This document shows, in pieces, positions 1 through 13,178 of a stretch of DNA of 64,000 nt; within the stretch, counting starts at the first letter, position 1; each line of letters starts with the position of its first letter. A program made the position numbers and the translations under genes. This DNA comes from Blasia pusilla (taxonomy: Eukaryota). The notes below the pieces were generated by a model, which saw only the letters and a list, made by a program, of their open reading frames with translations, had not been told where the DNA came from and ran no database searches. The stretch covers positions 31,124,001-31,188,000 of the forward strand of contig CM114271.1 in assembly GCA_050084515.1 (NCBI GenBank), written 5' to 3'.

Positions 1-125
1 ATTACGCACTGATATATATAGTGAGAAGAATATGATTAGTATACAACCATTCCATGATGGGCATTGTCATGTCATTTTGCTATTCAACTAATTTGTCTTT
101 TTCAAGATAAATATCCATTGGTCCC

Positions 126-303
126 TGTCCCTCTTCATCTAACAGGGTCTGATTGTTTTGAGATATTCTTTTCCAAAGTTGGAGGGATGGCAGGTCATGT
201 TGCAAGTGCTAACATGTCCCTCTTCATCTAACAGGGTCTGATTGTTGTGAGATATTCTTTTCCAAAGTTGGAGGGATGGCGGGTCATGTTGCAAGTGCCA
301 ATC
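126..303. repeat. Tandem duplication, 2 x 89 bp
   Basis: tgtccctcttcatctaacagggtctgattg...gttgcaagtgc starts at 126 and again at 215, with few substitutions. Confidence 0.9.
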
Positions 304-1553
304 ATGACTTGTCCAAGTTGATGCACTTTGGTCTCGGAATTGGAGGTCACTTTTGTTGTGGTTTTTTGTGTGGTCACAATCGTTTATGATGGTCCCAAAT
401 TATTTCCAACCCTATCTTGTCTTCATTCGGAAGGCAATCGGCCTTCAAAATGCGGAGTGTATGTGGCCATGTTAGAGGCACTATGCACCTTGCTTTAGAT
501 TGTACGGGTCATCCTTATCACATCGCAATATCTTAAACCAACCAAAATTTGATCTTGGCTGGAAACGCCACATCATTGTACCGACTTACTTACGAAGGCC
601 ATGCCTTCCCTCTGTCGAGATAGACACTGACCTTCAAAAACAACCTGTCAACTTTGCAGCTTTCACGTCTTGAGAGAATTGCGAAGAGTCATGTATATCT
701 AATCATACGTTTCCAAAGACAAAGACAACGACCTTTGTGAAAGGCCGTCGAAAAGATTTGAGTCCCTTTTCATGTCCGTGCGAGACAAATCCGGACGATT
801 AACAATTCCATGAGAAAGTCTTTAAGGGTGACAACAATAGATTTGACAAACACCAAGGACGAGGATTTACCCACCATACGAAACAAGAAAAGGGCTTAAA
901 AAGTGGCTATGAACGGCTTTGGAGAATACACGAGATCACGCTCACTGAAGGAGTGGAACGCACTCGAGAATTTCTTCAACACGTTACGAAAACCGCATTG
1001 AAATATTTTTCTCGTGAGACTTCTTGGAAAAGCCTTGGTCACAAATAAGGGGAACAACGTTGTATAGAGAAAATCGACGTCACTGGAATCACCAAGCTAT
1101 ACAGCAGACTTGCCACAAACGGGTGTACTAGAAACTATGAATAAGAACATCCCGGTAAACATCCCGGTAAAATGGAATAGAAACTATGAATAAGAACTAT
1201 AGCCTATGTAGCTCTTTGTAAGAATGCTTTCTCAGCGCATCAATCGATCCTTCTATCTACCTACGTCAGTCTTACAACCCATGACTTGCACGTGGACTGA
1301 TCAATCCATGTCGTAAGATTCGCTAATAAGTCTCTCCACGCTATGAAGGTGCGACGAATCCATCAGCTAAGTGTACAGAAATTTACAGGAGAAAATTGTG
1401 GGAGCCCTGTTGTACTGTATAGAATTCGATAACCTGATGATACAGAGAGGTGGCTAGTAGATCTGACAGACAACCCAGTTGATAGACTGAAGCTGGATGG
1501 CCAATGAATGATGAACTAGGCTTACAAAACTTTCGATGTGGAGAAAGGAGGGT

Positions 1554-3807
1554 CTAAAGCTGAGGTTCACGAACCCATTGTTGGTGGTCACTGGTATTGA
1601 AGCCATATACTTGCGGCTTTCCATTTATATATCCTTCTTCGCCTCCAAGTTTGTCGGCTGGCCCCTGACTTCTCTTCATATACCAGGCGATCCAGGTGAA
1701 GATTTCAAGAATCAGAGCCACAACTGCAATGGTGCACAGAATTACAATGTAAGCAGTCTTCCAACCTTTGGCCGGTTGAAGAATGTCGATTCCCTCGAAG
1801 ACGTTGACTATGCTAATAATGATGAGCGCAAATCCGCACGAGTGGTGGTACACGTTCCAGTACTTTCGCAACTTGTGCTCCTTATTTGGTCTCAACGCTA
1901 GCGCCGTGATCTGAAAATAGATAGCACAAGATTGTGAGCGTCACGCATCTCATCTCCATCACGTTTTCGTTATTGACAGAACTTGCTCTCCTCAAATCCC
2001 ACAGAAGGGATGCTTCATTTGGCAGACACGGCAGGTTACAGTGCTAGGGAGAGTCAAGACTATTCTCTATCAACGCAAAGATGCCGAGATACAACTCTGG
2101 AAGGTGCCAACATCGAAGTCACAATGAGAATCCGATCTTGAAATTAATGGCCATTGCAGTCAGGAGTTAGTTTCCAACCCACACTTGTGCTATAGTTTGT
2201 AGGAAGGCAGTTGCGTGTCGAGGATCTCGTGGCTCTTTTCAGAGATATACCATCTGCCATACTCGTTTTTTAAGGCATTTCGATGTTTGGAAACTGCCAG
2301 AGAAGGCTGAAGAGTGACATGGAAGAACGATTTCGGAGTTTTCAGTTAATCCTATCGCCCACCACAGTCTGATTTCTATCTGGCTTCAGGAGTTAACGGT
2401 CATAGACGCGTTTCGAAATTTTACGATAAAATCGACCCCTGTGAACTGTTTTGCTGTAAGCCTTCAATGTTAGAATTGACCACAACGGAAGTATGATCAT
2501 GTGGTGGGAGATGGAAGGGAATAACCTCTTGCCACTGTGAACAACCCAGAAATTTATTTGTACTCAAATTGTTTTGAGGTTGCATTCCAGATCTCCTTCA
2601 TAGAAAAGCCGGAGCGTGGAGATTGGGCTAGTAGATTGAATCGGTTATAAAAATTCATGAAATTCTCAACGAGAGAGCTACCTTCTACAATTTGTGTTCT
2701 CGGCTCTACCTACTTGATAGTGACTGTTACACGAAGAGTGCGAAAGTTTAGTAGGTCACGAGGATGTGTTCCATACCTGCAAAGTTGCCAAGACGAATAA
2801 TGCGATGCCGAGATTCTTATGCTTGTACTTGATGTTGCTAGAATAAGTCTCAAGCTTCAATCCCATACCCCAGCCAACCACTCCGAGAAAGTAAGCAGTC
2901 ACCTGGCAGCTAACGTGAAGATAGAACCACAACGGATCGAATATTGCGAAAGGACGCATATAGCGTGCGGCCATGACCCCCAGAGGAAATAGGAGGCCCC
3001 AAGCGATTGCGTTGATAATTCCGTGGTTCTGCGTCAAGAAATTCTCACTCATCAGCACCAACCCTCAGAAACTCGCATTTTTAAAGACGAGGAAATCCCG
3101 TTCAGAGCTTCAGTTTCGAATCTATGGATTACGGCACTGGTAGAGGACGTAGGGTAAGAGCTTACATTTTTAAAATCCTGGTGAGGCAGACCGGCAGAAG
3201 TGGCACCTCCGTTGAGAAGATCAAGAGTTCCAGCGCTCAAGAGGTTGTTGCCACTCAGGGCATGTTGAAGCGGAGCGAAATTACTGACGCTATCTCCTCT
3301 GTTCCATATCTGATTCAATGTAACTTGATTTTCTTTGAGTTTCAGAGTGCCACTGAATGTCACTTTTAGATCTGCAGGAACGATGAGAACGGTCGTGGAA
3401 TTCTCCACGAGATTGAAGTCCGCCGTATTCACTGACTGCGGCCCACTGAGGAGGAGGTTGAAGGGTCGAAGGTTACTTCCGTTCGTGCTCGAAGAAAAAG
3501 CCACCAAGACATTTCCGCCATCCATTCGGGGTGAGGTGGGATTGAACCCCCATCCAACCCAGCCACCGGCACTGGTCATTGTACTCTGGAAAGCGAATTC
3601 GAAGAGAAAACTGGTGGGATTATAATTCCAAGCTATCGAGGACTCAAGGTGTGGGAGGGTCAAGCACTTCGTAAATGTTTTTGGAATCCCATTGTCCGAA
3701 ACCACAACATCGTTGCCACATGTTTGAGCGAGCGCCGGTCTACAAGTGGTAAAGGCCAAGAGAGTCACTAGAGCGAGAACGGCGACGGTTGAAATCAGAT
3801 GCCTCAT
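1554..3807 (-). CDS. Cytochrome b561 and DOMON domain-containing protein (CYBDOM, AIR12-like DOMON), about 416 aa; exons 3807-3166, 3028-2777, 1910-1554
   Basis: Signal-peptide-like N-terminus ([19 protein letters not shown]), DOMON motifs ([19 protein letters not shown]) and b561 His motifs ([33 protein letters not shown]). Both introns are phase-0 GT..AG; exon lengths 642, 252 and 357 are all multiples of 3. Confidence 0.93.
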
Positions 3808-6800
3808 GACGTCCTCACCAATTTTTCGACACTCGTACAAGTAGACTCCACTGGTCGATTCACTCTGGGAATTCCTCCTGATTTCAGAGAATCAATCGTT
3901 TTGTCTCCTCACCAATTTGTCTACAGTATAAGCAGATTCTCCACTCTGGCAATTCCTCGTCCTGATTCTAGGACAGAATGTCAATCGTTTAGCGTCCGGA
4001 AACCCCGAAGGCAGATCTAAAATATCTCTGTCTGTGGCCCCTATCTAACCGGAGCCCACACAGTTCGCGAGCTCACACTTCGCGAAAAGTCGGAAGAGGT
4101 GACGAACGGAACCTCCAGTGTTCTGGAGCTACTATCTGTTCGTCAGGAGAAACATCTCACCAGGAAAACCAAAGCAAACTAGACAAAGAAACGGAACGAA
4201 GCAAACGAAGAGGTGAATCAATCGAAAGCAGAGCCAGAACTCAGCTCGATCGTCGGACAGATAAAGATCCGAGATCGCATATATGATTTAATTTGTTTAG
4301 AGAGGGATGGTACTTGGCAAGTGAAGAAGGAAAACCATGAGGGTCGAATGCCGAACACCCGGGGAATATATGACAACGAACTGAAGCCATTCGTACAGCT
4401 ACTTCGGTTGGGCGTCCTGCCCTGGTCGGCCGCGTTCGTTTGACTCATCACTGTTCCAGACTTTCACTTCTGGATCGTCCGACCCCGACTCAGTGGATGA
4501 AAGGCCTGCAAACTTAGTCCAACACCCTAGACTACAGTCTTTACTCTTCTACTCCTGCCATCTCTCGCCGCTAGAGAACGGGTCGTACTGAAGACAAAGT
4601 CCTGACCGTAGGCCAGAGCGAAGCGACCAGCCTCTGTAAGTCCTCTTCTCGCTTCGAAGCCGCTGCAAAAGCTTCCAACTTCCAGACGACTAGCAACCGA
4701 CGCGTTGGTCTGTTAGTCAAAGTGCGTCCAGCGGCCGGCGGGGCCCATAGATGATCGATCGCTCCCATCCTGCCTTGACCGCGCCTTACCTTGTGCATCA
4801 ATATACATATATCGTATAAAATGACGAGGGCCTGGCGAATTGTGAACAAGTCCCTACGCGGAAGGTGGCGACCCTACTCATTTGTAGTTTTCGGCCAAAG
4901 AAATATTTTCTCGCTGCACCGGCAGCTCGAGAACCATTCTGTGGTAGAAAAAAGGATTCTTCTCGTGACTTTCCGCGATTGGTCCGTATCGGTGTCCACT
5001 ATGGCGACCTTTTTCCATTCCTCGAAGACTCTCCACGAGACACAAGTCACACTGCCAAAGTTCAAATTCGTCGAGTCCAAATATGCGTTGTCCCGGTACT
5101 TCCAAACCTCGCATTAGCGACAGCAAGTTGTTTTCGGGGTAGATTTTTGTTTTTCCTTCCATGTTTCACCTTGCGATCATTTCATCATCAATATCAAATC
5201 TCCTTCGACGGGCATCCATTTTTAGGTGTTCCAGCTGGGGAGGCAGTCTGGAATTGTGCAGTCTATTCAAGACGGGAAATAAAAATCAGTGTGCAGTTAG
5301 ATACACGATGGCCTACCGTCTACTTTTCCAATTACGCCAGTATGGTACGGTCTCGCTCGCGCAGGTCCAGTGGTTCATTTCTTGAAGTTCCAACAGTTCA
5401 AGAAACAACTCACTGAGCTATGGCCGCCACCCACCAAGACAAACGTGACGAATGGTTGTGAATGGGAGTTTCTAGAAGTTTTGGAGGAAAATGTAATATA
5501 AAAGTAAGAATTACAGGAAGTATGATATCACAGCTCTCGTAGTGGCGAGCAACGTCGTTGTGGCATGACGTGGGAGCATGGGTCGCTGATCGGTTCCGTC
5601 ATTCCCATCTTCTATCCGTGAGATTACCCTTTCCTCTGCCATGAATAGTGGACGAGGCTGAGGAGCCAACCGGGTGCCTTCTCCATTATGGCTGAAAGTC
5701 TCTGCTCGCGACACAATGCTCACTCCCCATGATGGTCTTAGTGAAGAGAAAAGACCTCACTCCAGTTCTCATTTTCTTTTCCTTCCGAGGACTCGTGCCA
5801 CAACGGAACGTCCGTTCATGAAATCGTCTGCCACATGGACAAGAAACCTAAACGATGCCAAGGTTCAAGAGGTCATCATCCTGTTAGGTCCCTTCTCCGA
5901 ACTGTCGGGGATAAGACGAAGGTTGTAATCGGATCATGATTCCGAGGGAGACTTAAGTGCACGAGGTCGGGCAATGTGGAGAGTGGAAGGTAATTGAACC
6001 AACTATCGAGAGAGTAGAGATACATCTTGTTACCAACCAGTCACAATTGTATCCTTCACATCCTTGGTAACTCCCGAGGAAGACGTTCTGCGATCCCATC
6101 CACGTTTCGTTCGTACAGCCAAGTTACAAACACGGTTCCGGAGTCCCGGGATTTCCGAACCGGGAGCACTGCTGTGATCGGGTTTTGTACTGTATCGGAC
6201 TACTTGGGACTTGCAAAAGCGATCTAGTCTGGTCTCGATGAAATCCGCGTAGGCACGCTCCCTTTCTTCGCTACAAAGGCATAACGTATTGTCCACCTCG
6301 ACAGTATTTGTACTCTCTAGCGAAGGGGTACACTTGGAGATAGGCCCAAGCAACTAAATCGAACATCGTGGTGCCTGGGAAACCGAATCCGTTTTCTCCC
6401 ATCGTCCAAAGTTTGTTGAGCTCTTCATCTCTGCTCGCCCTCTACGTCTCATCTGCTTACACTAGAACCAAACTAGAGGCCAGAGCTTTGTGGCCTTGCC
6501 GGCGAATGGATTCACATAAAAAAAGGGGCATTCGTTTAGAATTCGTGTGCAACGAGTTTCTCATTTCTGTCTATTCTGAAGACCTAATTAATTGTGGGTT
6601 AGGGTAAATATCCAAACAGAGGTATGTCAACATTCCAGTACCGCCTCCAGAAACCGCGAGTCATTGCGAATCATGACACGGGGATTTCGGGGATGGGATC
6701 CAACCGAATGGCGAAACCGTGTATAGAATCCGGGACTCGTGCATGCAGGGGGCAGTTCCGATCCGGTGACGAATAAGTAGCCCCGGCTTGGCATCGACGG

Positions 6801-7769
6801 TCGACCCAGGTTTAATCCCAGGTTTCTTAAGATTTTTGGTGAATCCGGCATCCCGATCCCGACAAAGGAAACGTTAGGTGTCAGTTTCCTCTGTAGTAGG
6901 TAGCCAGTACGGCTACTACGGCATGTTATACACATGTGACTCTCGTAAACCTGTTCGATGTTTCCTTTGCATGGAGGTTGACTTGATTCAGAAACCAAGT
7001 GAGTACTGTGTTGCTCGGTGGCGTCTGAAAGTAGAATCCCATATAGAAAACAAGTATGCGGCCTGTACAGTGGTGGATGTAATAAAGTATTAATATAGTG
7101 GAAAGATTGTAAAATAGGTAGTTTTGCCGTGGACTGATAAAATAGTAGAGAATAAAATATTTGTAAATCGGGTATAAGTTGTGAAATTACACTATGGTTA
7201 GTGAGTGTACAAATCAGAGTTTGTTCTTGAGTGAATGAAGTTTTGTAAATTCCAAGTCATTTAATTTGGAAATGAAGATATTTTATTGTATTTTGTGATT
7301 GGCGGTTGCGAGTAGTTTCATACAATAAATGTAAAACATTAATATCACAATGTTTGTGTTGGATTACTGTGTATTGAACTCCATTTGCATGTGATCCACA
7401 AAGAAGATTGCAATATAAATGAACCACTGAGATGAAGAGTGGATAGTGATTTTAATGAATTTTAAGCAGCAGCGACAAAGAGAGTGCAATTGATTTCGAG
7501 TGATTTGCTGCAGAAGTTTTGAACAAGAAATCTGGAAGATATAAAAATTGGTACAAGCTTGAAAATGTGCAAGTCTATTGAAAGTATTTGAAAATAGTTT
7601 TACATTAGTTCTAAGTAATGACAAACACATTGATGCTCCAATTACTCAATAAAATAAGTGGAGTGGATAGTAGTAATTGAATGTTGGCCATCTAGTAAGC
7701 TGTCCAAATCTTTAAATCGGAAATAACATGAATGTCTTGAATTTAAGACACATGTATTTCAGGTCCAAA

Positions 7770-10145
7770 ACTACCGATGCAATATAGATCTAATTGTCAA
7801 TATCTTCATTTTAAGCTTAGGATAATCCTGAAATAAGTGTTCAATATCCTTGGAGAGCATGGTTGTACAAAAATGGACAAGTCCTTCCTTAGGACGGACA
7901 TGGACGAACAAGTCTGGACATGTCCACGGATATGGGATAAGAGGTGGGACCCACACTTTTAGTCCATGATGGAAGACAAGGCAAGGATGAGAAGAGCAAT
8001 GAGGGAGGAGGGAGTGGAGGTGGAGGGAGGAAGAAATGGGGGAGTATGGAACATGAAGGTCGGTAAGGGGATTGAGAAAGAAGGGAATGGTGGGATCCAT
8101 ACGGATAATTCCTTCCATAGGACAGACATAAGTCCACGGACACGGACTTTGTCCACATGCAACCATGTTGGAGAGGTCAACAAATTCGTCTTCTGCATTC
8201 TTCAGCTGCTGTTTGAGAGACATGTAATCTAACATGCTAGAAGCATGTCGATCATAAGTTGAATCTAACATACGCATAAGTGTTTGTATGCGTGTAGATA
8301 ATTGTTCATGTGTTTCTTCATCTTGACTCAATGCTCTGCATGCATTCTGGTAGACCTACAATGGGACTGCAAGTCGTGTAGAAGAGTCATTTCTTTCTAC
8401 GGGATGTGCATCAACTTGTTGTTGAAGTATGCCAACGCATGCCGAAACATTGATCGGATTCAATCTTCCTCAACCACACGGTTTCGTGGTTCCCATTTTC
8501 CTCTCATGAACCATAGAATGATAGAATCATAGTATTCAATAGAATGTAAGCTTCAGAACCTAATCGGTGTTGACTAATGTGACAAAATAAGAAGTGAATA
8601 AGCTCTGAAACAAAGAACATCAAGTAACGAATGCAAGGTAAAGTATTACAGAACAGAGAATCATGAATGCAAGTAAGAGAAACAAAATTAGTCTAATAGG
8701 ACTAAATGTCCATAATAGAAGTAACAACCAGAATGACTGAGCACATAGAAAAGAACAAATTCTGAGAAAATGAAGTGTTGAGTACTACTTAAAAAGACTT
8801 TTATGAGAGTAACATAACTAGAAAGGTTTCTAATATATGTTCTGTAAGTAGAAGAGTATCATGGTATGACATGCATAATACTAATAAACATAACCAGCAA
8901 AAGCTTTGTTCATTGCACAAACGTGACTTAAGTAATATTGAGCTGCAAATGAATGCAACCTACTGGCACTGTAGCATTGAAAAACAAAAAAAATCTGATC
9001 TATAAAAATTTTCAGATTCAGAAATGAAGACCGCATAGTGCAAGGTCTATGCAAGTGTCATGTTTACTGCCTAACTCAATGGACTTTCGTGCAGAAAGTA
9101 CAAAGCAAAGAATCTTAATCAGTATCTATCTAGATGTTATGTTTGACGTGTAATCATGGGACTGGCTTAGAGAAAGTAGATAGTAGAGAAACCTATTCGG
9201 AAAGCAATATAATGCAAATTAAAAGAATAAAGTGCAGAAATGCCAGATTTGTACTTGAGATTCAAAGCTCTGAAGAAAAGTATCCTCTTAGTCTATTAAG
9301 CAAGTGTGTTGCCTTTGCTAAATTCAAGTCCAGTAGCATCCTCACAGGCAGGTGCATTTCATGCCTAAGCTATCACAACTGATCTATTCCAATACCACAT
9401 GAGACAAGATTGAACAATCTTGTTGCATCCTTCCTTGATAATGTACTTTCCTTAGAATCTACATTTCTAAATGTGAGCGCCTCTTTCTGAATTCCTGATA
9501 TCCACAAAGAACATGAATTATCAACAAATAATTTCAAAAAACTTACTGAACATTTCAGAATTTAAAATCAGAAAAGAAGATATGCTATAATATTGTAATA
9601 ATTTGAATACAACAGATGGTACCTGTGGCAAGCCCATCTTCATTGATCTTGCGGAATTTTGAATGCCAATCTTGTCCTTGACTAATGAGGGATTGGATCT
9701 TACGTCTAGTGATCCCATGCTCCCAGAAAATTGGGATGAAGCCTAAGTTATCTAGATACTTTATCTGGTTTTCAATTGGTTGTGTGAACCTTGGACGGAT
9801 TTCCTCTTGCTGCGTGTTAACGTAGTTCAATATCATACTTGCAAAATCCAAGTATGTTGCTGGAACGTGAGAATTAAAAGTTAGATCATTACAATGCATC
9901 GATTTAAACTTAGGAAAAATCATCATGCTTAACACTATATCTCAATTGGAGTTTGGTTCGTAGATAGAGATGGTTCTTGAACAAATATGTCAAGATTCGT
10001 CTCATGTTCATACAATGACAGTCCATGATTGGATTGTGAAGACTGACCCACATGGGCTGAATGAGAGCTTGGTCTTGTTGGATGTCCCTTTCCTGTGTTG
10101 TTGCATGATGCCATTTGAACTAAACTCACAGCAAAAGAATACAAG
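7770..10145 (-). pseudogene. Degraded multi-exon gene of unknown function; paralog of the gene downstream of the RepHel helicase (37200-39420)
   Basis: HVPATYLDFASMIL..ENQIKYLDNLGFIPIFWEHGITRRKIQSLISQGQ (9623-9870) and LDLNLAKATHLLN (about 9290-9330) match translations at 38720-39240. GT/AG intron at 9622-9495; in-frame stops; MITE insertion. Left boundary is approximate. Confidence 0.7.
7858..8167. mobile_element. hAT-type MITE, 310 bp
   Basis: Termini CATGGTTGTA...TGCAACCATG; perfect 8-bp TSD TTGGAGAG at 7850-7857 and 8168-8175. Confidence 0.9.
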
Positions 10146-11585
10146 TGTTAGCAGCTTAGTGTGCAATTGAAAAAACTTTGAAATCCTAAGGTTGGAGTTG
10201 ACAAAATATTCTAATTTTTTCTCTTGCTTTTACTCCTGACAAGATAAGAGAGGATAAACCTATTGCAAAAACTGATGTAATAACTAACAAAGAGTTGTAG
10301 GAAACTGCTAAAGAAGCATAACTGGTGGAAAACGGCTCTCACATTTACACACCACCATGGAGAACGAAATTTTGCAATGAGAGAATGAGTGGAGGCTGGT
10401 CCCCTTCTCAATTATATAGGGTATGTACAAGAAACCTTAACTGTAATCTTAACCATAGTCTCAAGTTAGACTAATTGTGATTAACTAACCATAGTTAAGA
10501 TAATCGCGCTTAACTGACTAACCAAGATTAAGCTTCCCTACTTCATGTGAGTACCAAATGTAGCAGTTCAGGTGTCTCATGAGCTTGACTGTAACTCAAT
10601 CTTGAATAATCCCCCTCAAGTTCATATCGATATCTCTAATGCTTAAATCATTTCTAAACATCTCAAACTTATCTCTAGACAATGTGATTGTAAAGATGTC
10701 AGCAATTTGTTGATCTGTACCTATATACACTAGATCAATTTCTCATGCAAACACTTTCTCTATGATAAAATGAATGTGCACCTCAACATGCTTTATAGGA
10801 GCATAAAACACAGGGTTATTAGCAAGCTTGATGCTACTAATATTTTCTGCATATATTACACTAGGTCTTAAGTTACTAATACCATATACCGCATAATCCT
10901 CCTCACAACATCAAGGTGAGATTTTCGAGGTGCTTGCATAAATTGGCTCACTAGGCCAACTGCATAGCTCAAATCTAGCCTAGTTATAGTCAAATAGATC
11001 AAAATTCTAACCATATGCATGTACATATTAGAATATGCAATCAACTCTCCTTCATATACTCTTAACTTCACACTCTGGTCCAACGGTGTAGAGATTGGCT
11101 TACAAGCCGTCATACCATATTTTGAAAGCATGTGAAGGGCATATTGAAGTTGTAGTAACCACATGCTCTCTCCAACCTTGATAAATTCAATACCAAGGAA
11201 GTACTTGAGTTCTCCTAAGTCTTTCATATCAAATTCTACTTGTAATTTTAGCTTGACTTGTTGTACCATATCCTCAGTACTCCCAATAATCAAGAGGTCG
11301 TCAACATACAACACAATGATAACCTTATGATTTTGTCCTCTCAAGACATATAAAGAGGAGTCAAAATCACATACCCTAAAACCCAACTCTTGTAGAACAT
11401 ATGTAATCTTGCCATACCAATCTCTTGGAGCTTGTTTGAGCACGTATAGAGCTTTCTTCAACGTGCATACGCGAAATGGAAACTCGAGATGCTCGTATCC
11501 AGGTGGTTAAGTCATATATACCTCCTCATATAGATCTCCATTCAAGAAGGCATTCTTGATGTCCATATGATGTAATCTCCACTTG
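10146..11585 (-). mobile_element. 5'-truncated Ty1/Copia remnant: RT, partial RNase H, PPT and probable 3' LTR (about 10146-10608)
   Basis: KKALYVLKQAPRDW, LYVDDLLIIG, DLGELKYFLGIE (10868-11461); KHVEV / DQQIADIFTI RNase H-like motifs near 10680-10800; PPT CTTGAGGGGG on the minus strand at 10611-10620. Confidence 0.85.
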
Positions 11586-13178
11586 GCTCAAGAGGTCGAG
11601 GAAGACTTGTTGAGGCCCCGAGAAACCTGAGAGAGTAGGTTTTCCCTTCGTTTCGGCTCATTTGGAGCCATATTTAAGAATTTACTATTTTAGGTAAGTA
11701 CCATTTTGAGTATATTATCGTGCGCCTACTCTCCTTGAACGTTAATCTTGTTGTTGCGGAAGCGTGGATTCAATAGGTCACGCTCTCAAGGCTAATCTGC
11801 ATCCAAACACGCACTATGGTTAGTCGGGTCTTGGATCAATCAGCGAGCTAACTTTCCGAGTTCTCGTCTCGGTCTCTCATCAAGCTTAACCTTCCTTGTT
11901 TCGCGGTTTATAACACAGGCAAGTCTCGAAAGACTTGGGACAGACTTTTTGGTCGGTTCAAGAACCTCAAACGGCATTTCGCGCTTGGTGGTTCCAACTG
12001 TCCGATGGACATCCAATGAGTCCCTAACCAAGACTCGCACAAAGTGAATCTCGGGTCCGAATCCAAGTGTGACGTACAAAGCCCACTCCCTTGGATCAGG
12101 TTTGGTTTTCGAGTTCCAACGCCAAACTCCCGTTTCGTCCCGTGCCTTTGAGACGCCATTTGGTGCTCAAAGTGGGGATTTGTATTCCAAGATATCTTGG
12201 AGAGACTCTTTCTTTACTAGTACTTGTGGGTATCTCCAGGGTTCCCTACATTTAGGGAAAAACACGCGGGCCTCTCCAATTGGCCCTCAACCCGATTGCT
12301 CTTACACTTGTTTTGGGCCAATATTTGAGTATGTACTAATACATTTGCTGAGATCTTTGGTGCGTTGGAAGCGTCTCAAGATAAGCTTTCCAACGCGCCC
12401 TTATATATATTATATATATATTATAACGCGCCCTTATTATTATTATATACGCTATATTATATATAGCGTATATATATAAACGCTAGTCGTGTTCCAAAAT
12501 TGGTTCTCACCTCTTTGGCAACCAATCTTCCAAGACTTAACTCATCTCAAGTCTTGGCTCATGTTTGGTCTAGGTTTCCTCGTCGCGACCACTAATGCAT
12601 GAAACACACAACTCTGTTCCGCATCTCGTCTCTTGGACTTTTTCAATAGACCTTTCCAAACGCCTCTCGAAAGCGCAAATATCGCAGCATGAGTCCACTT
12701 GAGTTCTGATGTTCCACTTGGCGTCTATTTTGTGTTGTTTGGTTATGAGGGTCGCGACATATATGGTCAACTTTCTATTTTTGGTAAGTGGCCCTTGACC
12801 TCCTACATCAGGTCAAAAGCTAAAGAGGTGACTTAGGAGCATATGTTACCATGGAGAGATAGCTTGAGAGCTCATTCTCTCTTTGTTGAACCTCTTGGCA
12901 CGAGGCGGCTGAGCTATGGTCCCTTGCCTTGTGAGTGTAACCCAAGCCTCTCACTAGGAGAGTGGGTTTGGTTTGACATTAAGAGAGACATGTGAGAGTG
13001 CACACATGTGAGAGATATGGTGTTATGAGAGAGATTTCACCTTATTTTTAATTGGAGATATTTTGGTACTTCTTGTCTCATTGTTTGGATGTCATGAGTT
13101 AGCATGGGATTGTGTGTGTTTGTGTGTGTGTTCGGTGACAACGATGTATGTTGTGTAGCGATGTGTATGCGCACGACA
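11586..13178 (+). mobile_element. LTR-like repeat related to the termini of the 25826-33573 element, interrupted by a solo LTR
   Basis: 3' end gatgtatgttgtgtagcgatgtgtatgcgcacgaca (to 13178) resembles the reverse complement of 25826-25860 (aatgtatgttggcagagatgtgtattcgcacgaca). The 5' end is uncertain. Confidence 0.55.
11716..12759 (-). mobile_element. Solo LTR of the chromovirus family at 41998-51677, reverse orientation
   Basis: Reverse complement aligns along its length with 50660-51677; perfect 5-bp TSD TATAT at 11711-11715 and 12760-12764. Confidence 0.9.

Noticed and set aside
3808-3840. Upstream extension of the CYBDOM ORF in the ORF track
   Set aside because: It starts at a non-ATG codon; the ATG at 3807 gives a clean signal-peptide-like N-terminus.
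6617-6893. GC-rich segment with CAGAGG...CCTCTG ends, possible MITE
   Set aside because: The inverted match is only about 6 bp, there is no TSD and no second copy in the window.
7771-8331. 186-aa ORF on the minus strand
   Set aside because: Chimeric: it reads through the 310-bp MITE inserted into a pseudogene exon.
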